NCBI GenBank assembly: GCA_001800275.1
Contig: MGVB01000055.1
Location: 1-47,640, forward strand
Origin: Elusimicrobia bacterium RIFOXYA12_FULL_57_11
GTDB lineage: Bacteria > Elusimicrobiota > Elusimicrobia > Elusimicrobiales > UBA9959
Length of the DNA stretch: 47,640 nt
Reading direction: 5' to 3'
Within the stretch, counting starts at the first letter, position 1. Each line of letters begins with the position of its first letter. The position numbers and the translations under genes are program-made. Below the pieces are notes generated by a model. It saw only the letters and a program-made list of their open reading frames with translations. It did not search any database and had not been told where the DNA came from. Shown one piece after another: positions 1 to 8,268 of this stretch.

Positions 1-326
1 GCCCGGCGGTGGCGCTCCTGCGCGCCACGCCGGCGCTGTTCTGCTTCACCCAGGCGGCTTTTGCGGAGTTTATCGGCTACCTCTCCGAAGTCTTGGGAGA
101 CCCCTCGAAAGCAGCCGAAGATCTCAAGCGCGATGTTACAGCCACCATGGCCTGCAAGAAATCCATAAAAGCGCACGATTTTGTTAAACCGCAGGAAGCC
201 GCGCGCCTGATGGACGATTTGCGCAAAACGAATGACAGCTATCATTGTCCGCACGGCCGCCCCACGTTGTTCTATCTTTCCGCCGCCGAAATCGCCCGCC
301 GCTTCCAGCGCGGCAGCGCGGTATAA
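1..326 (+). CDS. mutL: DNA mismatch repair protein MutL, C-terminal fragment (5' end outside window)
   Basis: Frame is open from the window edge to TAA at 324-326. Translation contains SYHCPHGRPTLFYLS, the conserved CPHGRP C-terminal motif of MutL. The GTG at 9 is only the first start-like codon in the window. Confidence 0.85.
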   Translation, partial: PAVALLRATPALFCFTQAAFAEFIGYLSEVLGDPSKAAEDLKRDVTATMACKKSIKAHDFVKPQEAARLMDDLRKTNDSYHCPHGRPTLFYLSAAEIARRFQRGSAV

Positions 327-334
327 CCTTCTTC

Positions 335-1714
335 ATGACCGGGCAGCTTCAAATTTCAGATGATGACTTTCCGGTGAACCCGCAATGGGAAAGAGAGTGT
401 GACGGCAGCCTGAACACCGTGACCTCTCTAAGCGGCAAATTCTGTCCGGGTCCGTTCAGCGATGTGCAGATCCACGCTGGCGGCAAAGTTACCGTATGCT
501 GCCCGATGGGCCTGCCGCGGCAGATAGGCGTATTGGAGGAAACCGGACTTAAAGGTTTATGGAATTCCGCGGCGGCCCAGAAGATCAGGCAGTCCGTCCT
601 TGACGGGAGTTACCGGTATTGCAATCACAGGGTGTGCGATATTATCCAACGTGAAAGCCTGCTTGATTACGAGCAGCTTACCAGTGAACAGCAGCATATC
701 GTTGACCGGCAACAGGTGATCCTGGACCACTTCCCCTGCAGTGTCATGCTCGCTTATGATGCTTCCTGCAACCTGTCCTGCCCCAGCTGCCGCACCGGGA
801 AAAAATGTTTCACCGAAGGCTCACCCGAACATGCAGAATCAAAACGCCTGACCGGCCTGTTAAAGAAAGACCTGCTGGCCTCGGACCATAGTCGCCCGCT
901 CGCCCTGAATATTACGGGGTCCGGGGACCCTTTCGCTTCGCCCGTGTTCCTGGATCTGCTGGAGAATTTTGAATGGGAACAATGTCCGCATATCAGGATA
1001 GATTTTCAGACGAACGGCACCTTATTCACGGAGCAAATCTGGCGGCGCCTTTGGAGATGCCACCGCCATGTCCGCAATATAGCCGTTTCAGTGGACGCGG
1101 CAACGCCCGACACCTACGCCGTTGTCAGGCGAGGGGGTGATTGGGGCCGGCTCATGGAAAATATGAAGTTCCTGGCCGGATTGCGCCGGGATAATAAGTC
1201 CCTGTTTATCCGTTTTAATATGGTAGTACAGCAGCGCAACTTCCACGAGATGCCTCAGTTCGTTAAGGAATTCCTGGGAACGCTGTGCGACAGCGTTAAA
1301 TTCTTTTTTTTGAACGATTGGGGCACCTGGGCTTCCCGGGCGGAGTATGAGCGGCAATGCATCTGGAAAAAAACACATCCGGAATTCCAGGATTTCCTGC
1401 GGGTGCTCCGGGACCCGGTTTTTAACAACTCTATGGTCGATATGGGTGATGTTTTTGAATACCGGCAGATCGCATTGGACCCGGGCTGGGTTCGCCGCGC
1501 CGGAGGCGGCCCGGGCGCCGCTTTCCCCCCGCAGGCGGCACGGTCGAGAGTGGAACGTTACCTGAAGACTAACGACCCCAGGCTTTTCCGGTTGTCATTT
1601 TTGCTCAACCCCGTGTTTCTCTTTCAAAGGGCGGGGACTCTCGCTTCCTGGCGGGATTTCAGGCACCGCTTCGCCAATCTTATCCGCCTGTTGAGGCTGA
1701 AATCCCGTCAATGA
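335..1714 (+). CDS. Radical SAM protein with N-terminal twitch/SPASM-like Cys motif
   Basis: The ATG at 335 (MTGQLQ...) avoids overlap with mutL. CX3CX2C motif present (SCNLSCPSCR). Upstream FCPGPFSDVQIHAGGKVTVCC fits CX12GX4C. Followed by a GSGDP/QTNG-type core. Confidence 0.8.
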   Translation: MTGQLQISDDDFPVNPQWERECDGSLNTVTSLSGKFCPGPFSDVQIHAGGKVTVCCPMGLPRQIGVLEETGLKGLWNSAAAQKIRQSVLDGSYRYCNHRVCDIIQRESLLDYEQLTSEQQHIVDRQQVILDHFPCSVMLAYDASCNLSCPSCRTGKKCFTEGSPEHAESKRLTGLLKKDLLASDHSRPLALNITGSGDPFASPVFLDLLENFEWEQCPHIRIDFQTNGTLFTEQIWRRLWRCHRHVRNIAVSVDAATPDTYAVVRRGGDWGRLMENMKFLAGLRRDNKSLFIRFNMVVQQRNFHEMPQFVKEFLGTLCDSVKFFFLNDWGTWASRAEYERQCIWKKTHPEFQDFLRVLRDPVFNNSMVDMGDVFEYRQIALDPGWVRRAGGGPGAAFPPQAARSRVERYLKTNDPRLFRLSFLLNPVFLFQRAGTLASWRDFRHRFANLIRLLRLKSRQ

Positions 1715-1742
1715 GCCCTGGTCAAAGCAGCGGCGGGCCAGG

Positions 1743-2090
1743 TTAAGGTTTTCTTACGAAGTGCGGCAGCGTTGCGGGCAGTTCCAGCGACAGCTCCACC
1801 AGGCCGGCGGGCTTTCCGTCTTTCAGCCAGGGGGTCTGGTAGATCAGTTTTTTTACCCCGGCTTTTTCTATGGTGTAAACGTTGGTGTACGGAGCCGTGA
1901 GCATTTTTTTAAGTTTGGTTCTGGCCGGTTCGGGGTGGCAGGCCAGCAGGCTGGCTCCCAGCAGCTCCTTCCCCCCGTGCCTGGCGAAGGTGGCGGCGGA
2001 CCTGCCGTTCAGCTCTATTATTTTCCCGGCGGAGTCGCATACGGTAATGGAGAAATTAACGCCGTCTTTCCAGTTATTCATATTATTCAT
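1743..2090 (-). CDS. Small stand-alone PAS-domain-like protein
   Basis: 115-aa ORF convergent with the radical SAM gene. Segments CHPEPARTKL, YTIEKAGVKKLIYQTPW and GLVELSLELP resemble short PAS-fold proteins as I recall them. Confidence 0.6.
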   Translation of the reverse strand: MNNMNNWKDGVNFSITVCDSAGKIIELNGRSAATFARHGGKELLGASLLACHPEPARTKLKKMLTAPYTNVYTIEKAGVKKLIYQTPWLKDGKPAGLVELSLELPATLPHFVRKP

Positions 2091-2156
2091 AAAGTGTCCC
2101 GCCGGTTTTCAGGGTCCTTTCGGGTAGGCGTAAAATTGCCACTTATATTATAAAAT

Positions 2157-2714
2157 ATGACCATGGCCTCTTCAACATTCCTCGCCTTGGCGGCTGCGCG
2201 GCGCAGCATACGCAAATACACGGCCGCGCCTGTGGCGCGGGAAAAGCTGGAAATTTGCCTTGAGGCCTCGCGCCTGGCTCCTTCGGCCTGTAACGCCCAG
2301 CCCTACAGGTTCATAGTCATAGACGAACCCGGCCTGAAAGAAAAATTTTGCGCCGGGGTTTTTGCCGGGGTGTATTCCGCCTGTAAATTCGCCGCGGCCG
2401 CGCCGGTAATGGTAGCGGTGGTTTCCGACACCGGCAAGCTTAGCGCCTGGCTGGGCAACCAGGTGCAGGACACTAATTTCCGGCTGGTAGATATAGGCAT
2501 AGCCGCGGAACATTTTGTGCTGGCGGCCTGCGAACAGGGCCTGGGCACCTGCTGGCTGGGCTGGTTCGACGCAAAGGCGGCGGCCCGGGCGCTGGGCCTG
2601 GGCGCCGGGAAAAAAGTGGAAGTGCTGCTCTCCGTCGGTTATCCTGACGAAACCCCCGCTCCGAGAAAACGCAAAACCATAAAGGAGTTCGCCGGGTACA
2701 ATAACGAGCTATGA
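2157..2714 (+). CDS. Nitroreductase family protein
   Basis: RRSIRKY near the N-terminus and APSACNAQPYRFIVI are classic nitroreductase-fold motifs. Length 185 aa. Confidence 0.85.
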   Translation: MTMASSTFLALAAARRSIRKYTAAPVAREKLEICLEASRLAPSACNAQPYRFIVIDEPGLKEKFCAGVFAGVYSACKFAAAAPVMVAVVSDTGKLSAWLGNQVQDTNFRLVDIGIAAEHFVLAACEQGLGTCWLGWFDAKAAARALGLGAGKKVEVLLSVGYPDETPAPRKRKTIKEFAGYNNEL

Positions 2715-3088
2715 AACACTCATTATACGCGAGGTTGTTCGCTGCGGTCTCTGGCGCAGGCCTGTTGTGCGCCGCGGTCCCTGTTTTTGCCCAGGATTGT
2801 TCAAAAAAAACCGATGCCTGTTCGGCCGCGCCGGCGCGCCGGTCCCTGTTTCTGGAGGCTTCTGCCGCTCCCGGTACGGCGCCTGTTCTGGTTAGTCCCG
2901 GTCAAGCCGGTAAAAAATCTCCCGAAGTGCCTGTCGCGGCCGGAGTTTCAACCGCTGCGGCCGTTCAGGCCTCCCCCTCCGCGCCCGCCGCCGCTTCAAA
3001 TCCGTTGTGGGCTATTTTTGCGGCCGCCGGCCTTGCGGGACTTTACTTGTACCTCAGGAAAGATTCCGCTAAAAGACGGAAGAAATGA
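2711..3088 (+). CDS. Hypothetical exported Ala/Pro-rich protein with C-terminal hydrophobic helix and basic tail
   Basis: ATGA overlap with the nitroreductase stop. Signal peptide ends ...AVPVFA-QD. Low-complexity middle. C-terminus LWAIFAAAGLAGLYLYLRKDSAKRRKK. Confidence 0.55.
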   Translation: MKHSLYARLFAAVSGAGLLCAAVPVFAQDCSKKTDACSAAPARRSLFLEASAAPGTAPVLVSPGQAGKKSPEVPVAAGVSTAAAVQASPSAPAAASNPLWAIFAAAGLAGLYLYLRKDSAKRRKK

Positions 3089-3363
3089 CAGCGGACTACG
3101 CCCTTTTCTCGCGCGCCTCAACGCTTCTCCACTGCCCCCCGGGTTCGATGCCAACATCACTATAGTGGACCCGCGGGCCGTAAGGCGCGTGCCGGAACGT
3201 TTTCCCTCCCTTTCCGCTAATTCCCCCGTTAAAAGGACGCCGTTGGAAAGGCTGGCCCGCGGCGGTTATTGCCGGGGGCAGATTTGTTTTTAACGGCGGC
3301 CGCGTCTTTTGCTAGAATTTAGCGGTCGGTTTAATTTATTTCCGCCCCGAAGATAAGGCAACC

Positions 3364-4410
3364 ATGAGCTTCCTTTATAAAAAACTGGTGCGACAGCTGC
3401 TGTTCAGCTTCAATCCGGAACTGGTGCATGACGCGGTTATTAAAAGCGCGTGCGTTTTGCAGCGCCTGGCGCCGCTTAATTCACTGGTAAGCCTGCTGGC
3501 CCGGGCCAAGGACATGCCGGTTACCGTGGCCGGCATCGACTTCAGAAACCCGGTAGGCCTGGCCGCCGGTTTTGACAAGAACTGCGAGGCCGCGCGTTTT
3601 TTGGCCGGCCTGGGCTTCGGTTTTTTGGAGCTGGGAACGGTTACCCTGCGGCCGCAACCCGGCAACCCGAAGCCCCGCGTTTTCCGGCTGCGCGAAAGCA
3701 AGGCCATTATTAACCGCATGGGTTTTAATAATGCCGGCGCTTGGGACGCCGCCCGCTCCCTTGAGGGCCTGCTGCCGCTGCCTATACCGGTTGGGATAAG
3801 CATAGGTAAGAACGCCGACTGCTCCATCGAGGGCGCGCCGCAGAATTATCTTGAGACCCTGAAGGTGCTTTATTCCTACGGCAGTTATTTCGCCGTTAAC
3901 ATAAGTTCTCCGAACACGCTGCAGCTGCACCGCCTGCATGAGGGGGAGCGCCTGCGCCGGCTTATGGGGCCGCTGCTCTCCTACGCGGCCGGGCAGGGCA
4001 GGGTTAAACCTTTTTTTATAAAAATAACCCCAGACCTTCCGGACGCAGGCATTGAGGGTGTAGTAAGGCTGGCGGCGGAACTGGGGTTCGGACTGATAAC
4101 CACCAATACTACCGCCAGCCGCGACGCCGTTCCCCCCTACTGGCGGTCTTATGAGGGCGGGTTGAGCGGGCTGCCGTTGAGGAAAGCGGCGAACTCGGTG
4201 CTGTCGCGCGTGGCGGCGCTGGCCGGAGGCCGCGTTCCCATAATAGGCTCGGGCGGAATTTTTGACGGCCCCGCGGCGCTTGAGAAACTGGATCTTGGCG
4301 CCAGCCTTGTGCAGGTGTATTCCGGGCTTGTTTATGAAGGGCCGCTCCTCGTAAAGGAAATAATGAAGCACCTGGACCGTTCCCGCCGGGGGACGGGGGT
4401 GAGCGGCTAG
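3364..4410 (+). CDS. pyrD: Dihydroorotate dehydrogenase (quinone-type, class 2)
   Basis: Motifs NRMGFNNAG, AVNISSPNT and IIGSGGIFDG. The N-terminal extension is typical of membrane-associated class 2 enzymes. Confidence 0.9.
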   Translation: MSFLYKKLVRQLLFSFNPELVHDAVIKSACVLQRLAPLNSLVSLLARAKDMPVTVAGIDFRNPVGLAAGFDKNCEAARFLAGLGFGFLELGTVTLRPQPGNPKPRVFRLRESKAIINRMGFNNAGAWDAARSLEGLLPLPIPVGISIGKNADCSIEGAPQNYLETLKVLYSYGSYFAVNISSPNTLQLHRLHEGERLRRLMGPLLSYAAGQGRVKPFFIKITPDLPDAGIEGVVRLAAELGFGLITTNTTASRDAVPPYWRSYEGGLSGLPLRKAANSVLSRVAALAGGRVPIIGSGGIFDGPAALEKLDLGASLVQVYSGLVYEGPLLVKEIMKHLDRSRRGTGVSG

Positions 4411-4425
4411 CCGGGGCAATTTCTT

Positions 4426-5130
4426 ATGTCAAAAACCGAACTTATAGCGGCGTTGGACACGGACAGCCTTAAGGCTTCGCAGGCCCTGCTGGAAAAATTA
4501 AAAGGCTCGGTAAAATATTTCAAGGTGGGCTCCGTGCTGTTTACCGCCGAGGGGCCGGCCGCCGTGGACCTGGTGCATAAGCACGGCGGCAAAGTTTTCC
4601 TGGACCTTAAATTCCACGATATCCCGAATACCGTAAAACACGCCGTCATAAACGCGGCCAAAATGGGCGTCTACTCGGTTTCCCTGCACCTCTCGGGCGG
4701 CGGCGAAGCGCTGAGGGCCTGTGCGGAACTTGAAAGGCGTCCGAAACTCTGGGGTATAACGGTGCTTACAAGTTTCAGCGAATATAACCTTTTCCGGGCG
4801 GGTTTCCGGGGCGGTATAGACAAAACGGTGAAACTGCTTGCCGCCCAGGCGGCGGAGAACGGCGCCGACGGCGTTGTATGTTCTCCGGGCGAGCTTATCC
4901 GCATTCAGGGTCTTTGCGGCCACAAACTCAAGTTTATTACCCCCGGCATACGGCCGGCCGCCTGCGGGGCCGTGAGCGCCGGCGACGACCAGAATCCCAA
5001 ACGTTCCCGTACCCCGCGCGAGGCGGCGGCCGCGGGCGCGGATTTTATAGTGGTGGGCCGGCCCATCACCGCCGCCACGGACCCCGCCGCCGCGGCCGCC
5101 GCCATGCTGGCGGAGCTCGCAACCAGATGA
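4426..5130 (+). CDS. pyrF: Orotidine 5'-phosphate decarboxylase
   Basis: Motifs ALD...LKFHDIPNTV and IVVGRPI. Lies directly downstream of pyrD. Confidence 0.9.
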   Translation: MSKTELIAALDTDSLKASQALLEKLKGSVKYFKVGSVLFTAEGPAAVDLVHKHGGKVFLDLKFHDIPNTVKHAVINAAKMGVYSVSLHLSGGGEALRACAELERRPKLWGITVLTSFSEYNLFRAGFRGGIDKTVKLLAAQAAENGADGVVCSPGELIRIQGLCGHKLKFITPGIRPAACGAVSAGDDQNPKRSRTPREAAAAGADFIVVGRPITAATDPAAAAAAMLAELATR

Positions 5131-5239
5131 AGTCAGCGGAAATTAGATAATATCTTTCGGATTCCGGCGCCGCCGCCTGCCTGCTGTGCGGCTCCGGCGT
5201 GCCGCTGGTAAAGACCGGTTCCCGCAAACTACCCGGCTG

Positions 5240-5923
5240 CTAAACAACGAACATCAGTTTGTCGAAGAATAAAAGCCCGCCGAAAATTATCAGAACCAGC
5301 CCGGCCGCCAGTTCCACCCAGCGCATGGCGCTTTTGAACCTGGCGATGAGCGCGAAAAATTCCGCGGTGAGCAGCGCCGCCGCCAGCAGCGGAACGGCCA
5401 GTCCCGCCGAGTAGGCCAGCAGCAGCGTCACCCCTTTCCAGACCGTGCCTGCCGCCGCGGCCAGACCCAGTATGACCGCTAGTATGGGCCCTATGCAGGG
5501 CGACCACCCCAGCGCGAAGGCGAAACCCATAAGGAAAGCCCCGGCCGGACCCTGCGCTATATTGCGCATGGAAAAACGCTTTTCGTAATTCAGTACGGTG
5601 AAATTGAAAATTCCCGTCATATGCACGCCCAGCAGCGCCATTATCATCCCGAACACCCGGAGCATAAGGTCTTTGTGCGCCGCCAGCGTATTGCCCAGCG
5701 CCGAGGCCGCCGCCCCCATGCCGGCAAAGGCGAGGGTAAAGCCCGCTATAAAGATAGCCGCCCGGCCCGCCACTTTGTGGATGGAGACTCCGGCCGAGCC
5801 CTTCATTATTTCACTGGCGGAAAAGCCGGACAGCATGGAAAGATACGCCGGCAGCAGCGGGAGTATGCAGGGCGAAAAGAAAGACATGACGCCCGCGCCG
5901 AAAGCTGTAAGGATTTGTCCCAT
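5240..5923 (-). CDS. ccdA: Cytochrome c biogenesis / thiol-disulfide electron transporter CcdA (DsbD family)
   Basis: FSPCILPLLPAYLS and WSPCIGPIL Cys motifs in a polytopic membrane protein of 227 aa. Confidence 0.85.
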   Translation of the reverse strand: MGQILTAFGAGVMSFFSPCILPLLPAYLSMLSGFSASEIMKGSAGVSIHKVAGRAAIFIAGFTLAFAGMGAAASALGNTLAAHKDLMLRVFGMIMALLGVHMTGIFNFTVLNYEKRFSMRNIAQGPAGAFLMGFAFALGWSPCIGPILAVILGLAAAAGTVWKGVTLLLAYSAGLAVPLLAAALLTAEFFALIARFKSAMRWVELAAGLVLIIFGGLLFFDKLMFVV

Positions 5924-5942
5924 TATATTGGCCTCTGCCGGC

Positions 5943-6050
5943 TCAGCGGCCGGATTTTTTTTGCGGCGCCGGTTTCTTCAGTTCCAGTTTGAAAATATCC
6001 GGGCCCGCGGCGTAGGTCAGCACCAGCGTAGTGGCCGGTAAATATTTCAT
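5943..6050 (-). CDS. Candidate 35-aa micro-ORF between kdsC and ccdA
   Basis: The ATG (6050-6048) overlaps the kdsC TGA (6049-6047) as ATGA. It is preceded by GGGGGAG. Its stop lies 19 nt before the ccdA ATG. Peptide MKYLPATTLVLTYAAGPDIFKLELKKPAPQKKSGR; no homology recognised. Confidence 0.25.
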   Translation of the reverse strand: MKYLPATTLVLTYAAGPDIFKLELKKPAPQKKSGR

Positions 6051-6673
6051 TTTCTCCCCCGGATTCCCGACGCGCGCACTATATGCAGGGCAGGTTGTTT
6101 TATGGGCGGCCAATGCGCGGTCTCCACGCATTCCATCACGCGCCCCCAGTGTCCCTGGCTTTTCAGCAGGAAGTCGCAGGCCTCGCGCACCGCGCCCAGG
6201 CCGCCCTCTTTGCGGGTTACCAGGTGGGAGGCTTTTTTTACTTCCGGCAGGGCGTTGCCCGGGGCGCAGGCCAGCCCCGCGGCCCTGAGTACCGGGATAT
6301 CGGTCCAGTCGTCGCCCATGTAGGCCACGTTTTCGGGCGCCAGGCCAGTGGCGGCAAGTATCCGGCGCAGCGGCTCCAGTTTGGATAAAAAGCCCTGGTA
6401 GGCGTAGCTCATGCCAAGGCCGCGGGCGCGCTCTTCCGTACCCGGGGATTCCCGCCCGGTTATTACCCCGGTAAGTATCCCGAACTGGTTGAGCAGGCGC
6501 AGGCCTATGCCGTCCAGGGAATGGAAGGCTTTGACTTCCACCATTTCCCGGCCGCGGCCCGGGAGGTAGTACATCTTCCCGTCCGTAAGCACGCCGTCCA
6601 CGTCCATCAGAAAAAGTTTTATTTTTTTTGCCCTGTCGGCGTTAGTTTTGCTGTTCATAGTTTCATGATCCAT
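6047..6673 (-). CDS. kdsC: 3-deoxy-D-manno-octulosonate 8-phosphate phosphatase (HAD, YrbI family)
   Basis: LFLMDVDGVLTDG, GVITGRES and YMGDDWTDIPVL motifs. An alternative ATG at 6658 would give an ATGA overlap with the upstream epimerase stop. About 35 aa of C-terminal extension relative to typical KdsC. Confidence 0.85.
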   Translation of the reverse strand: MDHETMNSKTNADRAKKIKLFLMDVDGVLTDGKMYYLPGRGREMVEVKAFHSLDGIGLRLLNQFGILTGVITGRESPGTEERARGLGMSYAYQGFLSKLEPLRRILAATGLAPENVAYMGDDWTDIPVLRAAGLACAPGNALPEVKKASHLVTRKEGGLGAVREACDFLLKSQGHWGRVMECVETAHWPPIKQPALHIVRASGIRGRK

Positions 6674-7647
6674 TTTTTTGCCAGTTCAAGTTCTTGTTTC
6701 CTTGCGGCATAATTGTGCGGGGCTGGCCCGGTGTAGCTGAAAAGATACCAGTTTATGCTTTCCTCTATCCAGGCCGGCGCGGGCGTGGAGGCCCAGTCCA
6801 GGTCCTTTTCGGCGCGGGCGATGTCCACTACGAAATCCCCCCCCGTGGAAAAGGGAGAGGCGTCGAAAGAAAAACCGCTATCTTTTAGCCAGGAGTAATC
6901 CGGGTAAAGTATCTGCGCGTCCCGGTGCATGATGCGCGCGGAGATCTTCACAAAATCATCCAGGGTCATGGTTTGGGAGTCCCCGAGGTTGTAAACGCCG
7001 CCCGTGGCGGTTTGGGAATAGATAAGCGCTTCCAGCCCGCGCGCCATGTCCTTTGAGAAAACAAAACGGTTATTGAACGCGAATCCCGGGAGGAACAGCG
7101 GCCCGCCGTCCGCCAGGCGCAGCCAGTAGGAATAGGCCCGCAGCGTCGCGTCGTTGGGGCCTATCACTAAAGGCGGGCGCACTATGGTTACCGGGAAACT
7201 TTTTGTCCTGGCCGCTTCAAGGAATTCTGTTTCCGCCGCGTGCTTGCCCAGGGCATAGGCATATTTCTCTTTTAGCGGTTCCTTAAGCTTGAGCAGTGCG
7301 GTCTGGTTTTCACGGAACGGAGAGGAAGAGCCTTCAAATAAAGAATATACCGAAGCTGAAGAGGTGAAGATATACTGCCCCGTGCGGCCGCTGAAGACCC
7401 GAAGGGCCTTTTTTGCGTCATCGGCGGTGCAGCAGATGTTATCTATTATCGCGTCCCAGGGTTCCAGGGCCATGCGTGCGAGGTCTATTTCAACGGTGCG
7501 GTCCCCGCGGGACTGGCGTATATCGAGGGGTAAGTCTTCAACAGGCGCGCGCCGGGAGAAAACGGTTACATCATTGCCGGCTTTAAGCAGCCGTATGGCC
7601 GTTTCCCTGCCGAAAAAGCTTGTGCCGCCCAGGATCAGTATCCTCAT
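6655..7647 (-). CDS. NAD-dependent epimerase/dehydratase family protein (SDR)
   Basis: N-terminal Rossmann motif MRILILGGTSFFG. 330 aa. First gene of the minus-strand epimerase-kdsC-ccdA unit. Confidence 0.8.
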   Translation of the reverse strand: MRILILGGTSFFGRETAIRLLKAGNDVTVFSRRAPVEDLPLDIRQSRGDRTVEIDLARMALEPWDAIIDNICCTADDAKKALRVFSGRTGQYIFTSSASVYSLFEGSSSPFRENQTALLKLKEPLKEKYAYALGKHAAETEFLEAARTKSFPVTIVRPPLVIGPNDATLRAYSYWLRLADGGPLFLPGFAFNNRFVFSKDMARGLEALIYSQTATGGVYNLGDSQTMTLDDFVKISARIMHRDAQILYPDYSWLKDSGFSFDASPFSTGGDFVVDIARAEKDLDWASTPAPAWIEESINWYLFSYTGPAPHNYAARKQELELAKKWIMKL

Positions 7648-7754
7648 TTAACACAGTATATAAATTAGGGCGGCGCTTTTAAAGCGCCTCTTCCTTATAT
7701 ATGGGGGTTTGCTGTAGGCCGGAGGTGGTTTGCTTTTAAATAGATTCCCTTGCG

Positions 7755-7770
7755 GTTAACATATGTTAAC
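7755..7770. promoter_or_regulatory. Perfect 16-bp palindrome GTTAACATATGTTAAC (putative distal operator)
   Basis: Read directly. Self-complementary. About 102 bp centre-to-centre from the related site at 7857-7872. Confidence 0.5.
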
Positions 7771-7824
7771 TAGGGCCTGTGATGGCTTGTGGGCCCGCAA
7801 CTTTATTTCCCATAAATATTCTTT

Positions 7825-7853
7825 TTAATTTTTTTACTGATGTATTGTATAAT
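7825..7853 (+). promoter_or_regulatory. Putative sigma70-type promoter of the HTH gene
   Basis: TATAAT at 7848-7853 preceded by TTG. AT-rich upstream tract with only a weak -35 (TTAATT). Confidence 0.35.
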
Positions 7854-7856
7854 ATG

Positions 7857-7872
7857 GTTAACATTAGTTAAC
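7857..7872. promoter_or_regulatory. GTTAACATTAGTTAAC (putative proximal operator)
   Basis: Two GTTAAC hexamers spaced 4 bp apart as in the distal site, lying between the -10 and the start codon. GTTAACATATG (7867-7877) exactly repeats 7755-7765 and includes the ATG. Confidence 0.5.
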
Positions 7873-7874
7873 AT

Positions 7875-8141
7875 ATGGCCAAAGAGTATCTTTCTGTTCC
7901 GGAGGCCGCCGTGCGTCTCGGGATAAGCCGCATAGCGGTTTTCAAGCGTGTTAAAAAAGGGCAGCTTGCCGCTATCCGTATCGGGCGTAACTGGGCAGTG
8001 CCGGCTGCTGCTCTATCTGTAACAGCGGCACCGTCAGGTGGCAAGCCGCCCGGGCGCGCGGCCGCCCCCGCCGCGGTCCCCCCCCCGGAGCCGCGGTTTT
8101 CCGGCGGGGACAGGGGTTTCGAGGATATGGGGTGGGATTAG
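7875..8141 (+). CDS. Small excisionase/MerR-type helix-turn-helix DNA-binding protein
   Basis: LSVPEAAVRLGISRIAVFKRVKKGQLAAIRIGRNWAVP is typical of the excisionase-family HTH. Pro/Ala-rich C-terminal tail. Confidence 0.75.
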   Translation: MAKEYLSVPEAAVRLGISRIAVFKRVKKGQLAAIRIGRNWAVPAAALSVTAAPSGGKPPGRAAAPAAVPPPEPRFSGGDRGFEDMGWD

Positions 8142-8268
8142 TTTTCGGCCCGCGCGTTTGCCCTTCCCGGGGGATTAATGTATACTCCTTAATTGTATGG
8201 AAAACTCATTTTTTGAGGATCTGAAAGAATTGCTGAACACCTTGACCAAGGATTCGGCCGGAGGTAAA

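Noticed and set aside
245-334. N-terminal extension of the radical SAM ORF overlapping the mutL 3' end
   Set aside because: Arg/Pro-rich translation inside the mutL coding region. The ATG at 335, just after the mutL stop, is the more plausible start.
2787-3293. 168-aa Pro/Arg-rich ORF overlapping the 125-aa exported protein and extending into the pyrD upstream spacer
   Set aside because: Out-of-frame overlap with extreme Pro/Arg composition typical of off-frame translation of GC-rich DNA. It has no start context.
3481-4419. 312-aa ORF antisense to pyrD
   Set aside because: Its translation is Arg/Gly/Pro/Ala-rich and motif-free, and it lies entirely inside a confidently identified gene. This is a typical shadow ORF in GC-rich DNA.
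7672-7688. Short hairpin GGCGC-TTTTAAA-GCGCC just upstream of the minus-strand epimerase start
   Set aside because: Only a 5-bp stem, no gene ends here and there is no U-tract. Not enough to call a terminator or RNA element.
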